From the NCBI GenBank assembly GCA_964016885.1, contig OZ024743.1, positions 81,158,001 to 81,222,000 of the forward strand: a DNA stretch of 64,000 nt, written 5' to 3'. This document shows, one piece after another, positions 39,127-52,542 of this stretch. This stretch comes from Eledone cirrhosa (Eukaryota). How positions within the stretch are numbered: the stretch's first letter is position 1; the number at the start of each line of letters is the position of its first letter. The notes under the pieces were generated by a model. The model saw only the letters and a list, made by a program, of their open reading frames with translations, made no database searches and had not been told where the DNA came from. The position numbers were made by a program, and so were the translations under genes.

Positions 39127-39809
39127 GTTGCGATTACCCATACCCCAAAGCCACTCACTTTCACAATCTCTCTCTCCCAAATCGATATTCTGAAACCCTG
39201 TCGTCTGCTTCTTTGATACCTCAGTAGGGAAGCTTGGCCCTGTAAAATACAGCACCAACAACTTGGCTAACATACCTCACAGAAATAATCATATTTTGGG
39301 GGATTATTTATACATTTTAATGTGGTTCAGGATTCCGGTCGGATCGATTGTCGGATTTAGTAACTTACGTATTGGCCTTCATGATATTACTGGCACTTAT
39401 TTCATGGACACTGAAAATGAGAGTCTTCCCTACCCCTCCCTACCGTAATTTGAGCCCATATGGTGTGGCACCGTATCTACATGTCAGTTACTTTAGTGGG
39501 GTTATTCTTTGGTTTACCATGTACTTAGGAGGCTACTATAGCACTCAGCGTCCATTTTCAGGGCCCCCGAGACTGGTGAGAGGGAACAACAGTACAGAGG
39601 ACCTTGATTGGGGTCTTCCACACGGGTGAGAGGGAACGGCAGGCCAGAGGACCTTGATTGGGGCCTTCCACACGGGGGGGGGGGGAGCAGGACAGAGGAC
39701 CATGATCAGAGACAGTGTGACACGTAGCAAGGAAGTGGGGTGGGATGTTGAAACCAGTAATAAGGTTGAATTTCTTATAACAGAGATGTCCCTGACAATT
39801 TCGTCCTCA

Positions 39810-42800
39810 ACTAACAGCACCAACAGCGCCACCGACACCGCAACCACCATCACAACAACTACCACAACCACCATCACAACCACCACCACAACCACCACCA
39901 AAACCACCATCACAACCACCACCACAACCACCACCAAAACCACCATCACAACCACCACCAAAACCACCATCACAACCACAATCACAACCACCATCACAAC
40001 CACCACCACAACCACCACCAAAACCACCATCACAACCAGCACCACAACCACCACCAAAACCACCATCACAACCACCATCACAACCACCACCACAACAACT
40101 ACCACAACCACCATCACAACCACCACCGCAACCACCACCAAAACCACCATCACAACCACCACCACAACCACCACCAAAACCACCATCACAACCACAACCA
40201 CAACAACTACCACAACCACCATCACAACCACCACCACAACCACCACCAAAACCACCATCACAACCAGCACCACAACCACCACCAGAACCACCATCACAAC
40301 CACCACCACAACCACCACCACGACCGCCATCACAACCACCACCACAACCACCATCACAACCACCACCACAACCACCACCAAAACCACCATCACAACCAGC
40401 ACCACAACCACCACCAAAACCACCATCACAACCACCATCACAACCACCACCACAACAACTACCACAACCACCATCACAACCACCACCGCAACCACCACCA
40501 AAACCACCATCACAACCACCACCACAACCACCACCAAAACCACCATCACAACCACAACCACAACAACTACCACAACCACCATCACAACCACCACCACAAC
40601 CACCACCAAAACCACCATCACAACCAGCACCACAACCACCACCAGAACCACCATCACAACCACCACCACAACCACCACCACAACCACCACCACGACCGCC
40701 ATCACAACCACCACCACAACCACCATCACAACCACCACCACAACCACCACCAAAACCACCATCACAACCAGCACCACAACCACCACCAGAACCACCATCA
40801 CAACCACCACCACAACCACCACCACGACCGCCATCACAACCACCACCACAACCACCATCACAACCACCACCACAACCACCACCAAAACCACCACCAGAAC
40901 CACCATCACAACCACCACCACAACCACCACCACAACCACCACCACGACCGCCATCACAACCACCACCACAACCACCATCACAACCACCACCACAACCACC
41001 ACCAAAACCACCATCACAACCAGCACCACAACCACCACCAGAACCACCATCACAACCACCACCAAAACCACCACCACAACCACCACCACGACCGCCATCA
41101 CAACCATCACCACAACCACCACCACAACCACCATCACAACCAGCACCAAAACCACCATCACAACCAGCACCACAACCACCACCAAGACCACCATCACAAC
41201 CAGCAACACAACCACCATCACAACCACCACCACAACCACCACCAAAACCACCATCACAACCAGCACCAAAACCACCATCACAACCAGCACCACAACCACC
41301 ACCAAGACCACCATCACAACCAGCACCACAACCACCACCAGAACCACCATCACAACCACCACCACAACCACCACCACGACCACCATCACAACCACCACCA
41401 CACCACCATCACAACCACCACCACACCACCATCACAACCACCACCACAACCACACCAAAACCACCATCACAACCAGCAACACAACCACCACCACAATCAC
41501 CATAACAACCACCACCACAACCACCACCAAAACCACCATCACAACCACCACCACAACCACCACCAAAACCACCATCACAACCATCACCACAAGCACCACC
41601 AGAACCATCATCACAACCACCACCACAACCACCACCAAAACCACCATCACAACTAGCAACACAACCACCACCACAACCACCATAACAACCACCACCAAAA
41701 CCACCATCACAACCAGCACCAAAACCAGCACCAAAACCACCACCACAACCACCACCAAAACCACCATCACAACCAGCACCACAACCACCACCAAAACCAC
41801 CACCACAACCACCACCAAAACCACCATCACAACCAACACCAAAACCACCATCACAACTAGCAACACAACCACCACCACAACCACCATCACAACCACCACC
41901 ACAACCACAATCACCACCGCAACCACCATCACAACCACCACCACAACCACCACCAAAACAACCATCACAACCAGCAACACAACCAGCACCACAAGCACCA
42001 CCAGAACCATCATCACAACCACCACCACACCACCATCACAACCACCACCACACCACCATCACATCCACCACCACACCACCATCACAACCACCACCACAAC
42101 CACCACCAAAACCACCATCACAACCAGCAACACAACCACCACCACAATCACCATAACAACCACCACCACAACCACCACCAAAACCACCATCACAACCAGT
42201 ACCACAACCACCACCAAAACCACCATCACAACCAGCACCACAACCACCACCAAAACCACCATCACAACCACCACCACAACCACCACCACGACCATCATCA
42301 CAACCACCACCACAACCACTACCACAACCACCACCGCACCCACCACCACAACCACAATCACCACCGCAACCACCACCACAACCACCACAACAACTACCAC
42401 AACCACCATCACAACCACCACCACAACCACCACCAAAACCACCATCACAACCACCACCACAACCACCACCAAAACCACCATCACAACCACCACCACAACC
42501 ACCACCACGACCACCATCACAACCACCACCACGACCACCATCACAATCACCACCACATCCACCACCACAACCACCACCGCAACCACCACCACAACCACCA
42601 CCACAACCACCACAACCACAACCACAACCACCACCACAACCACCACCACAACCACCAGCACAACCACCACCACAACCCCCACCAAAACCACCATCACAAC
42701 CACCAGCACAACCACCAGCACAACCACCATCACAGCCACCACCGCAACCACCATCACAACAACCACCACAACCACCACCACAACCACCACCGCAACCAAC

Positions 42801-43766
42801 ATCACAACAACCACCACAACCACCACAACCACCACTACAACCACCACCACAACCACCACCGTAACCACCATCACAACAACCACCACAATCACCACAACCA
42901 CCACCCCAACCACCACTACAAACACCACCACAACCACCACCGTAACCACCATCACAACAACCACCACAACCACCACAACCACCACCGCAACCACCACCAC
43001 AACCACCACCACAACCACCACAACCACCACAACCACCACAACCACCACCGCAACCACCATCACAACATCCACCACAACCACCACCACAACCATCATCACA
43101 ACCACCAGCACAACCACCACCACCACAACCACAACAACCACCACAACCACCACCACAACAACCAACACAACCACCACAACCACCACCACCACCACCACAG
43201 CCACCACCACCACCACCACCACCACAACCACCACCACAACCACCACCACAACCACCACCACCACAACTACCACAACCACCACAACCACCACCACCACCAC
43301 CACCACTAGAACTACCACCACAAGAACAACAAGCACCAACTCAATAAGCCCACCGCCACCACCACCAACTCTAACACTCCACCCTATAACCAATAGGTCA
43401 AGAAACCCAAGCTGTCACCAATATCTCTTTTGTCATCATCACCTCATAGTTTCAACACCGCCACCAGCACCACCAACAATAAGAACAACAACAACAACAC
43501 CAACAACAATAACAACAACAATAACACTACCAACAACAACAATAACCAACAACAATAACAACAACGCCACCACCACCAACAATAAGAACAACAACACCAA
43601 CACCAACAACAATAACAACAACACTAACAACACAAACAACAGCAACAATAATAACACCAACAACAATAACAACAACAACAACAATAACAACACCAACAAC
43701 ACCAACTACAAAAACAATACCAACACCAACAACAATAACAACAACACCAACTACAACAACAACACT

Positions 43767-43806
<40 letters not shown>

Positions 43807-44140
43807 CCAACAACAACAAAACACCAACACCACCAACAATAACAACACCAACAATAACACCAACAACAACACCAACAACAACACCAACAACAACACCAAC
43901 AACAACAACAACAATAACACCACAACCAACAACAAAAAAACACCAACACCACCAACAATAACAACAATAACACCAACAATAACAACACCAACAACACCAA
44001 CACCAACAACAACAACAACACCAACAACAACAACAATAACACCACCAACAACAATAACAACAATAACAACAGCAACAACACCACCACCACCAACAACAAC
44101 AACAACACCAACACCAACAACAACAACACCAACACCAACA
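39810..44140. repeat. About 4.3-kb cryptic (ACC/ACA/ATC)n then (AAC)n tract with internal duplications
   Basis: A 360-bp block duplication (40021 matches 40381); a reversed (GGT)n tract follows at 44225-44515. Confidence 0.95.
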
Positions 44141-44544
44141 ACATTAAATATATGTCAAAGTTAACATGTTTGCTGTCAGTAATTGCATATTTGCCATGGT
44201 TACCATAGCAGCTGCGGAGTTTACACGGTGGTGGTAATGGTGGTAGTGGTGGTGATATGGTGGTGGTGGTGTAGGTGGAGTGATGGTGGTGGAGTGATGG
44301 TGGTGGAGTGATGGTGGTGGTGGTGGTGGTGATGGTGGTGTAGGTGGTGGTGTGGTGGAGGTGGTGGTGGTGGTGGTGTTGGTGGTGGTGGTGGTGGTAT
44401 AGTGGTGTTGGTATGGTGGAGGTGGTGTTGTTGGTGGTGGTGGTGGTATGGTGGTGTTGGTGTTGTTAGTGGTGGAGGTATGGTGGTGGAGTGGTGGTTG
44501 TGGTGATGGGGGTGTTGTACCATTAACGTAATACACAGACAACT

Positions 44545-45830
44545 CCAATATGACAAGTCAGTATGACACAACTCCAGTATGACACAAGTCAGTATGACAC
44601 AACTCCAGTATGACACAACTCCAGTATGACACAAGTCAGTATGACACAAGTCAGTATGACACAAGTCAATATGACACAACTCCAGTATGACACAACTCCA
44701 GTATGACACAAGTCAGTATGACACAAGTCAGTATGACACAAGTCAATATGACACAAGTCAGTATGACACAACTCCTGTATGACACAAGTCAGTATGACAC
44801 AACTCCAGTATGACACAAGTCAGTATGACACAAGTCAGTATGACACAACTCCAGTATGACACAAGTCAGTATGACACAACTCCAGTATGACACAAGTCAG
44901 TATGACACAAGTCAGTATGACACAACTCCAGTATGACACAATTCCAGTATCACACAAGTCAGTATGACACAAGTCAGTATGACACAACTCCAGTATCACA
45001 CAAGTCAGTATGACACAAGTCAATATGACACAAGTCAGTATGACACAACTCCTGTATGACACAAGTCAGTATGACACAACTCCAGTATGACACAAGTCAG
45101 TATGACACAAGTCAGTATGACACAACTCCAGTATGACACAAGTCAGTATGACACAACTCCAGTATGACACAAGTCAGTATGACACAAGTCAGTATGACAC
45201 AACTCCAGTATGACACAATTCCAGTATCACACAAGTCAGTATGACACAAGTCAGTATGACACAACTCCAGTATCACACAAGTCAGTATGACACAAGTCAA
45301 TATGACACAAGTCAGTATGACACAACTCCTGTATGACACAAGTCAGTATGACACAACTCCAGTATGACACAAGTCAGTATGACACAACTCCTGTATGACA
45401 CAACTCCAGTATGACACAAGTCAGTATGACACAAGTCAGTATGACACAACTCCAGTATGACACAATTCCAGTATCACACAAGTCAGTATGACACAACTCC
45501 TGTATGACACAATTCCAGTATGACACAAGTCAGTATGACAAAAGTCAGTATGACACAAGTTAGTATGACATAAGTCAGTATGATACAACTCCTGTATGAC
45601 ACAATTCCAGTATGACAAAAGTCAGTATGACAAAAGTCAGTATGACAAAAGTCAGTATGACACAAGTCAGTATGACACAAGTCAGTATGACACAAGTCAA
45701 TATGACACAACTCCTGTATGACACAACTCCAGTATGACACAAGTCAGTATGACACAACTCCAGTATGACACAACTCCAGTATGACACAAGTCAGTATGAC
45801 AAAAGTCAGTATGACACAAGTTAGTATGAC
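44545..45830. repeat. 15/16-bp two-monomer minisatellite (AGTATGACACAAGTC / AGTATGACACAACTCC) with a 277-bp higher-order duplication
   Basis: Direct repeats; identical ORFs at 44835 and 45112. Confidence 0.95.
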
Positions 45831-45864
45831 AAGTCTAGTTCTTAAGATTACATCTCATATCTAC

Positions 45865-46286
45865 CAGCTGAGTGACAAGGTGAAGTAAAGTGTCTTGCTC
45901 AAGCTGAGTGATGTGGAACAAGGTGAAGTTAAGTGTCTTGCTCAAGCTGAGTGATGTGGAACAAGGTGAAGTTAAGTGTCTTGCTCAAGCTGAGTGATGT
46001 GGAACAAGGTGAAGTTAAGTGTCTTGCTCAAGCTGAGTGGGAACAAGGTGAAGTAAAGTGTTTTGCTCAAGCTTAGTGATGTGGAACAAGGTGAAGTAAA
46101 GTGTCTTGCTCAAGCTGAGTAATGTGGAACAAGGTGAAGTAAAGTGTCTTGCTCAAGCTGAGTGATGTGGAACAAGGTGAAGTTAAGTGTCTTGCTCAAG
46201 CTGAGTGATGTGGAACAAGGTGAAGTAAAGTGTCTTGCTCAAGCTGAGTGGTGTGGAACAAGGTGAAGTAAAGTGTCTTGCTCAAG
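45865..46286. repeat. 43-bp minisatellite derived from the SINE A core, about 10 copies
   Basis: GCTGAGTGATGTGGAACAAGGTGAAGTAAAGTGTCTTGCTCAA. Confidence 0.93.
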
Positions 46287-46787
46287 GTCACAACTCACCA
46301 TCGGAAATCAATGAAATAAATGCTGTCTAAATGAGGGGTGTAAGGGAGAGAGAAGACAACGAGGTGGTCGTCCTAATCCTATCAGATTTACTTTTAATTG
46401 TCTCCCTTGAATACTTATCTCTGAAACGTGGTCAGATAAAAATATGACGACCCGAGTTTAAAGACAGCGGGGGAAATAAAACATATCTCTCTTACCCCTC
46501 TCTCATTATCTCTCTCTCCCCCTCTCTCTTTCCCCCTCTCTATCTTTCTCCCGTCTCGCTCTCTCTCTCTCTCTCTCTCTTTCCCCCTCTTTCCCTTTTT
46601 CTCTATCTCTATCAATCTAAGTATGTGTCTTGTGTGCATACAAATATACATACATGCATATATATACATATATATACATATATATACATATATACATTCA
46701 TACATAAATACATACATACACATACATATATATATATATATACTTATTTATATATACACACACATATATATAGATATATACATATAA

Positions 46788-46848
<61 letters not shown>

Positions 46849-46869
46849 TGTGTGTGTGTTTATTTAAGT

Positions 46870-47103
46870 AAATGAGTTTGTGTCTGTCTGTGTGTCTGTC
46901 TGTGTGTGTCTGTGTGTGTCTGTGTGTGTCTGTCTGTCTGTGTCTGTGTGTGTGTCTGTGTGTCTGTGTCTGTGTGTGTCTGTGTGTGTCTGTGTCTGTG
47001 TGTATGTGTCTATCTGTGTGTGTGTATGTGTGTGTCTGTGTGTGTGTCTATATGTCTGTGTCTGTGTGTGTCTGTATGTATGTGTGTGTCTGTGTGTATG
47101 TGT

Positions 47104-47157
<54 letters not shown>

Positions 47158-48700
47158 CTGTGTGTGTATATGTGTGTCTGTGTGTGTCTGTGTATGTGTG
47201 TATGTGTGTGTCTGTGTATGATGACGTTTTGTCATCCCCTGTTTGTGATTCAAGTCACGCCCAGACGTGAATTGGTTTCTCCCCGAGAACCAACCACAGT
47301 GAAACACCAACTTGACCTACAAATGTAATAAAATGCTCATAAGTATTCCATTCACGTGAGGCCGCTGTTGCCAAACACCGTGTCACCTCTGCAGGGTCAC
47401 TACAACCATTTGAAATTCACTTCCAATTCAATAACACAAAATATCACAAACTACCGTTTTATTTCATTTATAGTTCTGTGTGTGTATATGTTTGTGTGTG
47501 AGTGTGTTTGTGTGTGTGTTAGTGTGTGTGTTTATGTGTGTGTGTGTGTGTGTTTGTGTGTATGTGTTTGTGTGTGAGTGTGTTTGTGTGTGAGTGTTTC
47601 TGTGTGTTTGTGTGTGTGTTTGTGTGTGTTTGTGTGTGAGTGTGTTTGTGTATGAGTGTGTTTGTGTGTGTGTTTGTGTGTGTGTTTGTGTGTTTGTGTG
47701 TGAGTGTGTTTGTGTGTGAGTGTGTTTGTGTGTGAGCGTGTGAGTGGGTCTGTGTGTTTGTATGTGCTTGTGTGCTTGTGTGCTTGTGTGTTTGTGTGTG
47801 TGTATGTGTGTACGTGTATGTGTGTATGCATATGGGTGTTTGTATATATATGTTGTGTGTATACCTGTGCGTGTGTGTATGTGTGTGGATGGATGTATTT
47901 GTGTGTGTATCTCTCTGTGTATATGTGTACACGTGTGCCTGTTTATGTGTATGCCTTTGTGGGGGGGGGGATATTTGTGGAGTATGTGGCTGTATGTGTG
48001 TGGCTACGTGTGTGTGTGTGTGTGTGTATGTGTGTGTGTGTATGAATCTTTATATGACCGCATGACTGTATGACTGTATATGTATTTGTGTATGTGTCTC
48101 TCTCAGTGTTGATGTATGCATGTGTATGAATGTGTATGTGTGTGTGCCTCTCTCTATGTGGGTGTATATCTGTATATATTTGTATGTATGTGTGTTTGTG
48201 TGTATATTTGTGTAAGAGTGTGTATATTTGTGTATGTGTATATATATGTGTGTACTTTACTTTGTTGATATAATCGCCATGTTTGTTTAACAGTTTTTAT
48301 AATTATATATTTTTTTTATATATTTTTTTTACTGATTTTCACTGTTAAAGAATATCTCCCATACTAACGAGATCCCGTTGTGACAACGAGATCTGCAAAT
48401 CGTGATAAACAGCACGTTTATTTAACTATTGTATCACCCTAAAACGCCCCTCTATCTACTTATGACTTATACATGTATATATATATATGTGAGTGTGTGT
48501 GTGTCTTTGTGTATGTGTGTGTGTGTATGTGTGTCTTTGTGTGTGTGTGTGTGTGTGAGTGTGTGTGTGTGTATGTGTGTCTTTGTGTGTGTGTGTCTTT
48601 GTGTATGTATGTGTGAGTGTGTGTGTGTGTATCTTTGTGTGTGTGTGTCTTTGTGTATGTATGTGTGAGTGTGTGTGTGTATGCCTATATATTTATATAT
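46870..48700. repeat. TG-rich degenerate microsatellites
   Basis: Directly visible. Confidence 0.9.
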
Positions 48701-48825
48701 ATATTTATATATAAATATGTATGTATGTATTGGTAAATAATTATGGTGTTTCTATTTTTAATTCCCGTGAAAATTAATTTCAATATGTAAGACATTTCCT
48801 TTGTCGCTCACATGCCCTTCAACGA

Positions 48826-48893
<68 letters not shown>

Positions 48894-48975
48894 AACGCGC
48901 GTCACATGTGAATAAACATATTGATGGTTTATTGATACCTCCTTACTATTGCTCATTATATATATATATATATAT

Positions 48976-49157
48976 GGTGGATTGGCAGTATTGGTAGAGG
49001 GTCAGATACCATGCTTTCCAGCATAGAGTTACGGCCCTTGCTATTCTGAGTTCAAATCCTGCCGAGGTTAACTTTGTCTTTCATCCTTACGGGGTCGATG
49101 AAATAAAGTACCAGTAATGCACTGGGTATTTGCTGGGCTTGTGCCAAAAGTAGAAAC
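48976..49157 (+). mobile_element. SINE family B, near full length
   Basis: GGTGGATTGGCAG head, GAGTTCAAATCC B box, central domain, GTGCCAAAAGTAGAAAC end. Confidence 0.8.
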
Positions 49158-49179
49158 ATATATATATATGTATATATAA

Positions 49180-49234
<55 letters not shown>

Positions 49235-50367
49235 GGTTTGTATGTATGTGTGTGTGGGGGGGGAAGGGGAGGCTGTGACCTGTCCTGGGAGGCGTGGGAT
49301 GGATAAACAACGACTGCGCATCGCAACCCCAAAGTAGGTTCGGAAGAGAGCAAAGCTTGAGAAATGTCTCCTAGAACATGACAACCTATTGAGGAGAGGA
49401 GCTAGAACCCATAGAGGACGTCAGATACTACCGACTCCATATAGTCGGTCTTTCTTTAACAATATCCGTCGTTCTGCTAATGTGTATTGAACCATGAACA
49501 TTAACAAAAGTCAATCATAAATTCATAATTAGTTCATTGTCTTACGATCGTTTCAGAGAATTGACTGATCATGGTAGATTGATATATTGACTAGCAGTTA
49601 GTGGTTATATAACTACATATTTCTAGTCTCGAATTTCCTGATCCATCACACCGTCATCTGCAGAAACAATGAACTATGACATTATTTGCAATATCTATAT
49701 AAATAGGCTGAACTGGGCTAGTCGGATACATCCAACGGTGGAAGAAATAAATAAATGGATCCATAAATGAAAGATAAAGAATAATATTAGACAAAAGACA
49801 ATTTGTAGAAAAAATGTCTGAAAGAAACATAAAGTAAATAAAAATTTGAATTTATAAACAATTGTAAATAATGAGAGGGAGTTACATTATTGTAAGTACA
49901 CCTTTTAGAGTTATTAAGAACCTATCATCGGCCTTTGTTATATTTTCATTGATACACACACACACAAGCATATATATATATATATATAAATGACTCTGTA
50001 GCTCGAGTAGTATTTACGAGTGAACCTTATGCAATGAGAGCCTACTACAAAAACTAGCACTCACCGCCTAATCTCGTTGAAACCATCTCTTCAAGACTGC
50101 ATTGAATTCTAACAACGTTATCGACGCCATCACAAACATGTGGATAGAAGAATATATATAGAGGGCTCATGTTGGCATACCGCCTGGGAACGCGATTCAA
50201 CTGCCTGTATATATATATATTGGCAATTGGATTGCGTTCACAGGTAGTTTGCTAAGATGAACACTCGATGCTCCTGGGGAGCAGCTCCTTGAGCTGATCG
50301 GCAGTGAAACATACGTAATATGTAATTATTTATATGATGCAATACTGATTTTTTGGGTCCCATTTAT

Positions 50368-50438
<71 letters not shown>

Positions 50439-50639
50439 AGGCTGAAATATTGAATCTACTTATTTCCACAAATCTGTCCCTTGTCCTTCCCCAATGCAAT
50501 GAAGTATATACCTGCAAATGTATCTACATTGGCATAAGCGACTATACATTGAAGATGGTGCCACAGCATGGCCGCTGTCCAATGTCTGAAACTAGTAAAT
50601 TGATAAAAGAATATTAATAGACCCTCTTACGGTCATTAC

Positions 50640-50905
50640 TGACATTGTGATTGCACCAGCTTGGGCAAGGTGTTTTGTGGAAGACAAGCAGTCGTCTACA
50701 TGTGCCAGTCTTCCTTTTCCAGGACACTAATGCTGTCCAATATAAAGGGAAAGTCGGCAGTTGTACCGTCGCAACTCATTTGTTTAGCGAGTTGAGATGA
50801 GTGTGGCAATGTGAGATGTATTGCCTTGCTCAGGAACACACAACGTTCCAAAGATTGAACTTACGACCACAGATTCGTGAATCCAACACTTTAAACTCTA
50901 AGCCA
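50640..50905 (-). mobile_element. Diverged CORE-type SINE
   Basis: CCTTGCTCAGGAACACA...GATTGAACT...CTAAGCCAC. Confidence 0.55.
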
Positions 50906-51499
50906 CATACATATATAAATATAGAGACGTATGTGTGTATTTTTGAATGTGAGCTATGTGTGCTTTCGTGCACCGCTTGTATATACAAGTCGACATGTCA
51001 CTATCATTATTGTTTTTTCTAAGTAAAACTTGCAAATTTCTCAGCCACTTATCTCGTCTGTTCATTATAATTAAACCTTCTGAGTCCTGTTTTATTATTA
51101 ACAAAACACAGGTTTGTTTGCCCTGATGTCTTCTCTCCACTTACTATTATGATGCCTGCAACATATAACCGACCAAGTTATCAATTTAACATTGAACAGC
51201 CTTATTTTCTGGTGTGAAAGGCCGACTTAAATGTTAGCGTGACTCACACACTAAAGAAGCTAACATTCGCGAGATTTCAACGCAAACATAACGTGTGATA
51301 GCACATTTTTACGGGGCGGGTGAAATATAAAAATATAACGACTTGATCAACAAGGACATCCCCGGGTGACGTATCGTCTTAAATGTTGTAAACAAGAGAA
51401 AATATCTGAAGCTATGTCACGTCGTAAGCTGGGTTGAGTTATAGGAAACAGACGATAAATATAACATTGAGAATGTGGCAGTCACGTGATCTTGTTGGA

Positions 51500-52245
51500 G
51501 AGAGATTGGGGTGGGGAGGAGAGAGAGAGAGAAGAGAGTGGAAAGAATGGGAGAGATATAAATAGAAGAGAATGAGAGAGGAGAGGGGGGGGGAAGGATT
51601 AAGACGTATAAAGCGAAAGAGATAGAGAGAGTGAGAGAGAATGAGAGAGGGAGAGAGTGGAGAGAATATGAGAGATATAAATAGAAGAGAATGAGAGAGG
51701 GGGAGAGAATGAGAGATATAAAAGAGAATGAGATGAGAGAGGGGGAGAGAATGAGAGATATAAATAGAAGAGAATGAGAGAGGGGGAGAGAATGAGAGAT
51801 ATAGAAAGAATGAGATGAGAGAGGGGAGAGAATGAGAGATATAAATAGAAGAGAATGAGAGAGGGGGAGAGAATGAGAGATATAGAAAGAATGAGACGAG
51901 AGAGGGAGAGAGAATGAGAGATATAAATAGAAGGGAATGAGAGAGGGGGAGAGAATGATAGATATAGAAAGAATGAGATGAGAGAGGGAGAGAGAATGAG
52001 AGATATAAATAGAAGAGAATGAGAGAGGGGGGGGGGAGAATGAGAGATATAGAAAGAATGAGATGAGACAATGTGAAACATTGAGAAAAGAAAAGAGATA
52101 TAGAGGCGGTATAGAGAAAGTAATTAGAGAAGATGAGATATAGACATAGAGAGATAGAGAGATAGGTAGATAGGTAGATAGATAGAGATAGAGAGAGTGG
52201 GAGAGAGAGAATGAGGGAAAGAGAGGGGGAGAGAGAGAAAGAGGG
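51500..52245. repeat. Purine-rich degenerate tandem repeat (~40-bp GAGAATGAGAGATATA.. units)
   Basis: Directly visible strand-asymmetric GA tract. Confidence 0.85.
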
Positions 52246-52542
52246 GTGTGCAGTGTAAAACATGTACTATAACAATGAACAATAAGTAAATTATACAAAA
52301 TTGCACACGTATATTTACTTATTAAGCTCACCCCACTACTACCACCAGCACCATCACCACCACTACCATCCACCCCATTACTACCCCACCACCACCACCC
52401 CACTACTATACCACCACCACCCCACAAATACCCAAGACCCCCCCCCCACCACCACCACCACCACAACCTATCACTCAATCACACATCCAATCGGAATCAT
52501 TCACTCATTTCTTCACACCCAACAATCCCCACAATCACTTTA

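Noticed and set aside
39654-43961. 1435-aa Thr-rich ORF as a mucin gene
   Set aside because: ACC/AAC repeats lack stops in most frames; the frame slips into Pro/His runs; no signal peptide or flanking domain is visible
47220-47320. Minus-strand exon containing GEKP
   Set aside because: An acceptor-like site is present, but the frame is short, has no Cys/His finger pattern and has no other support
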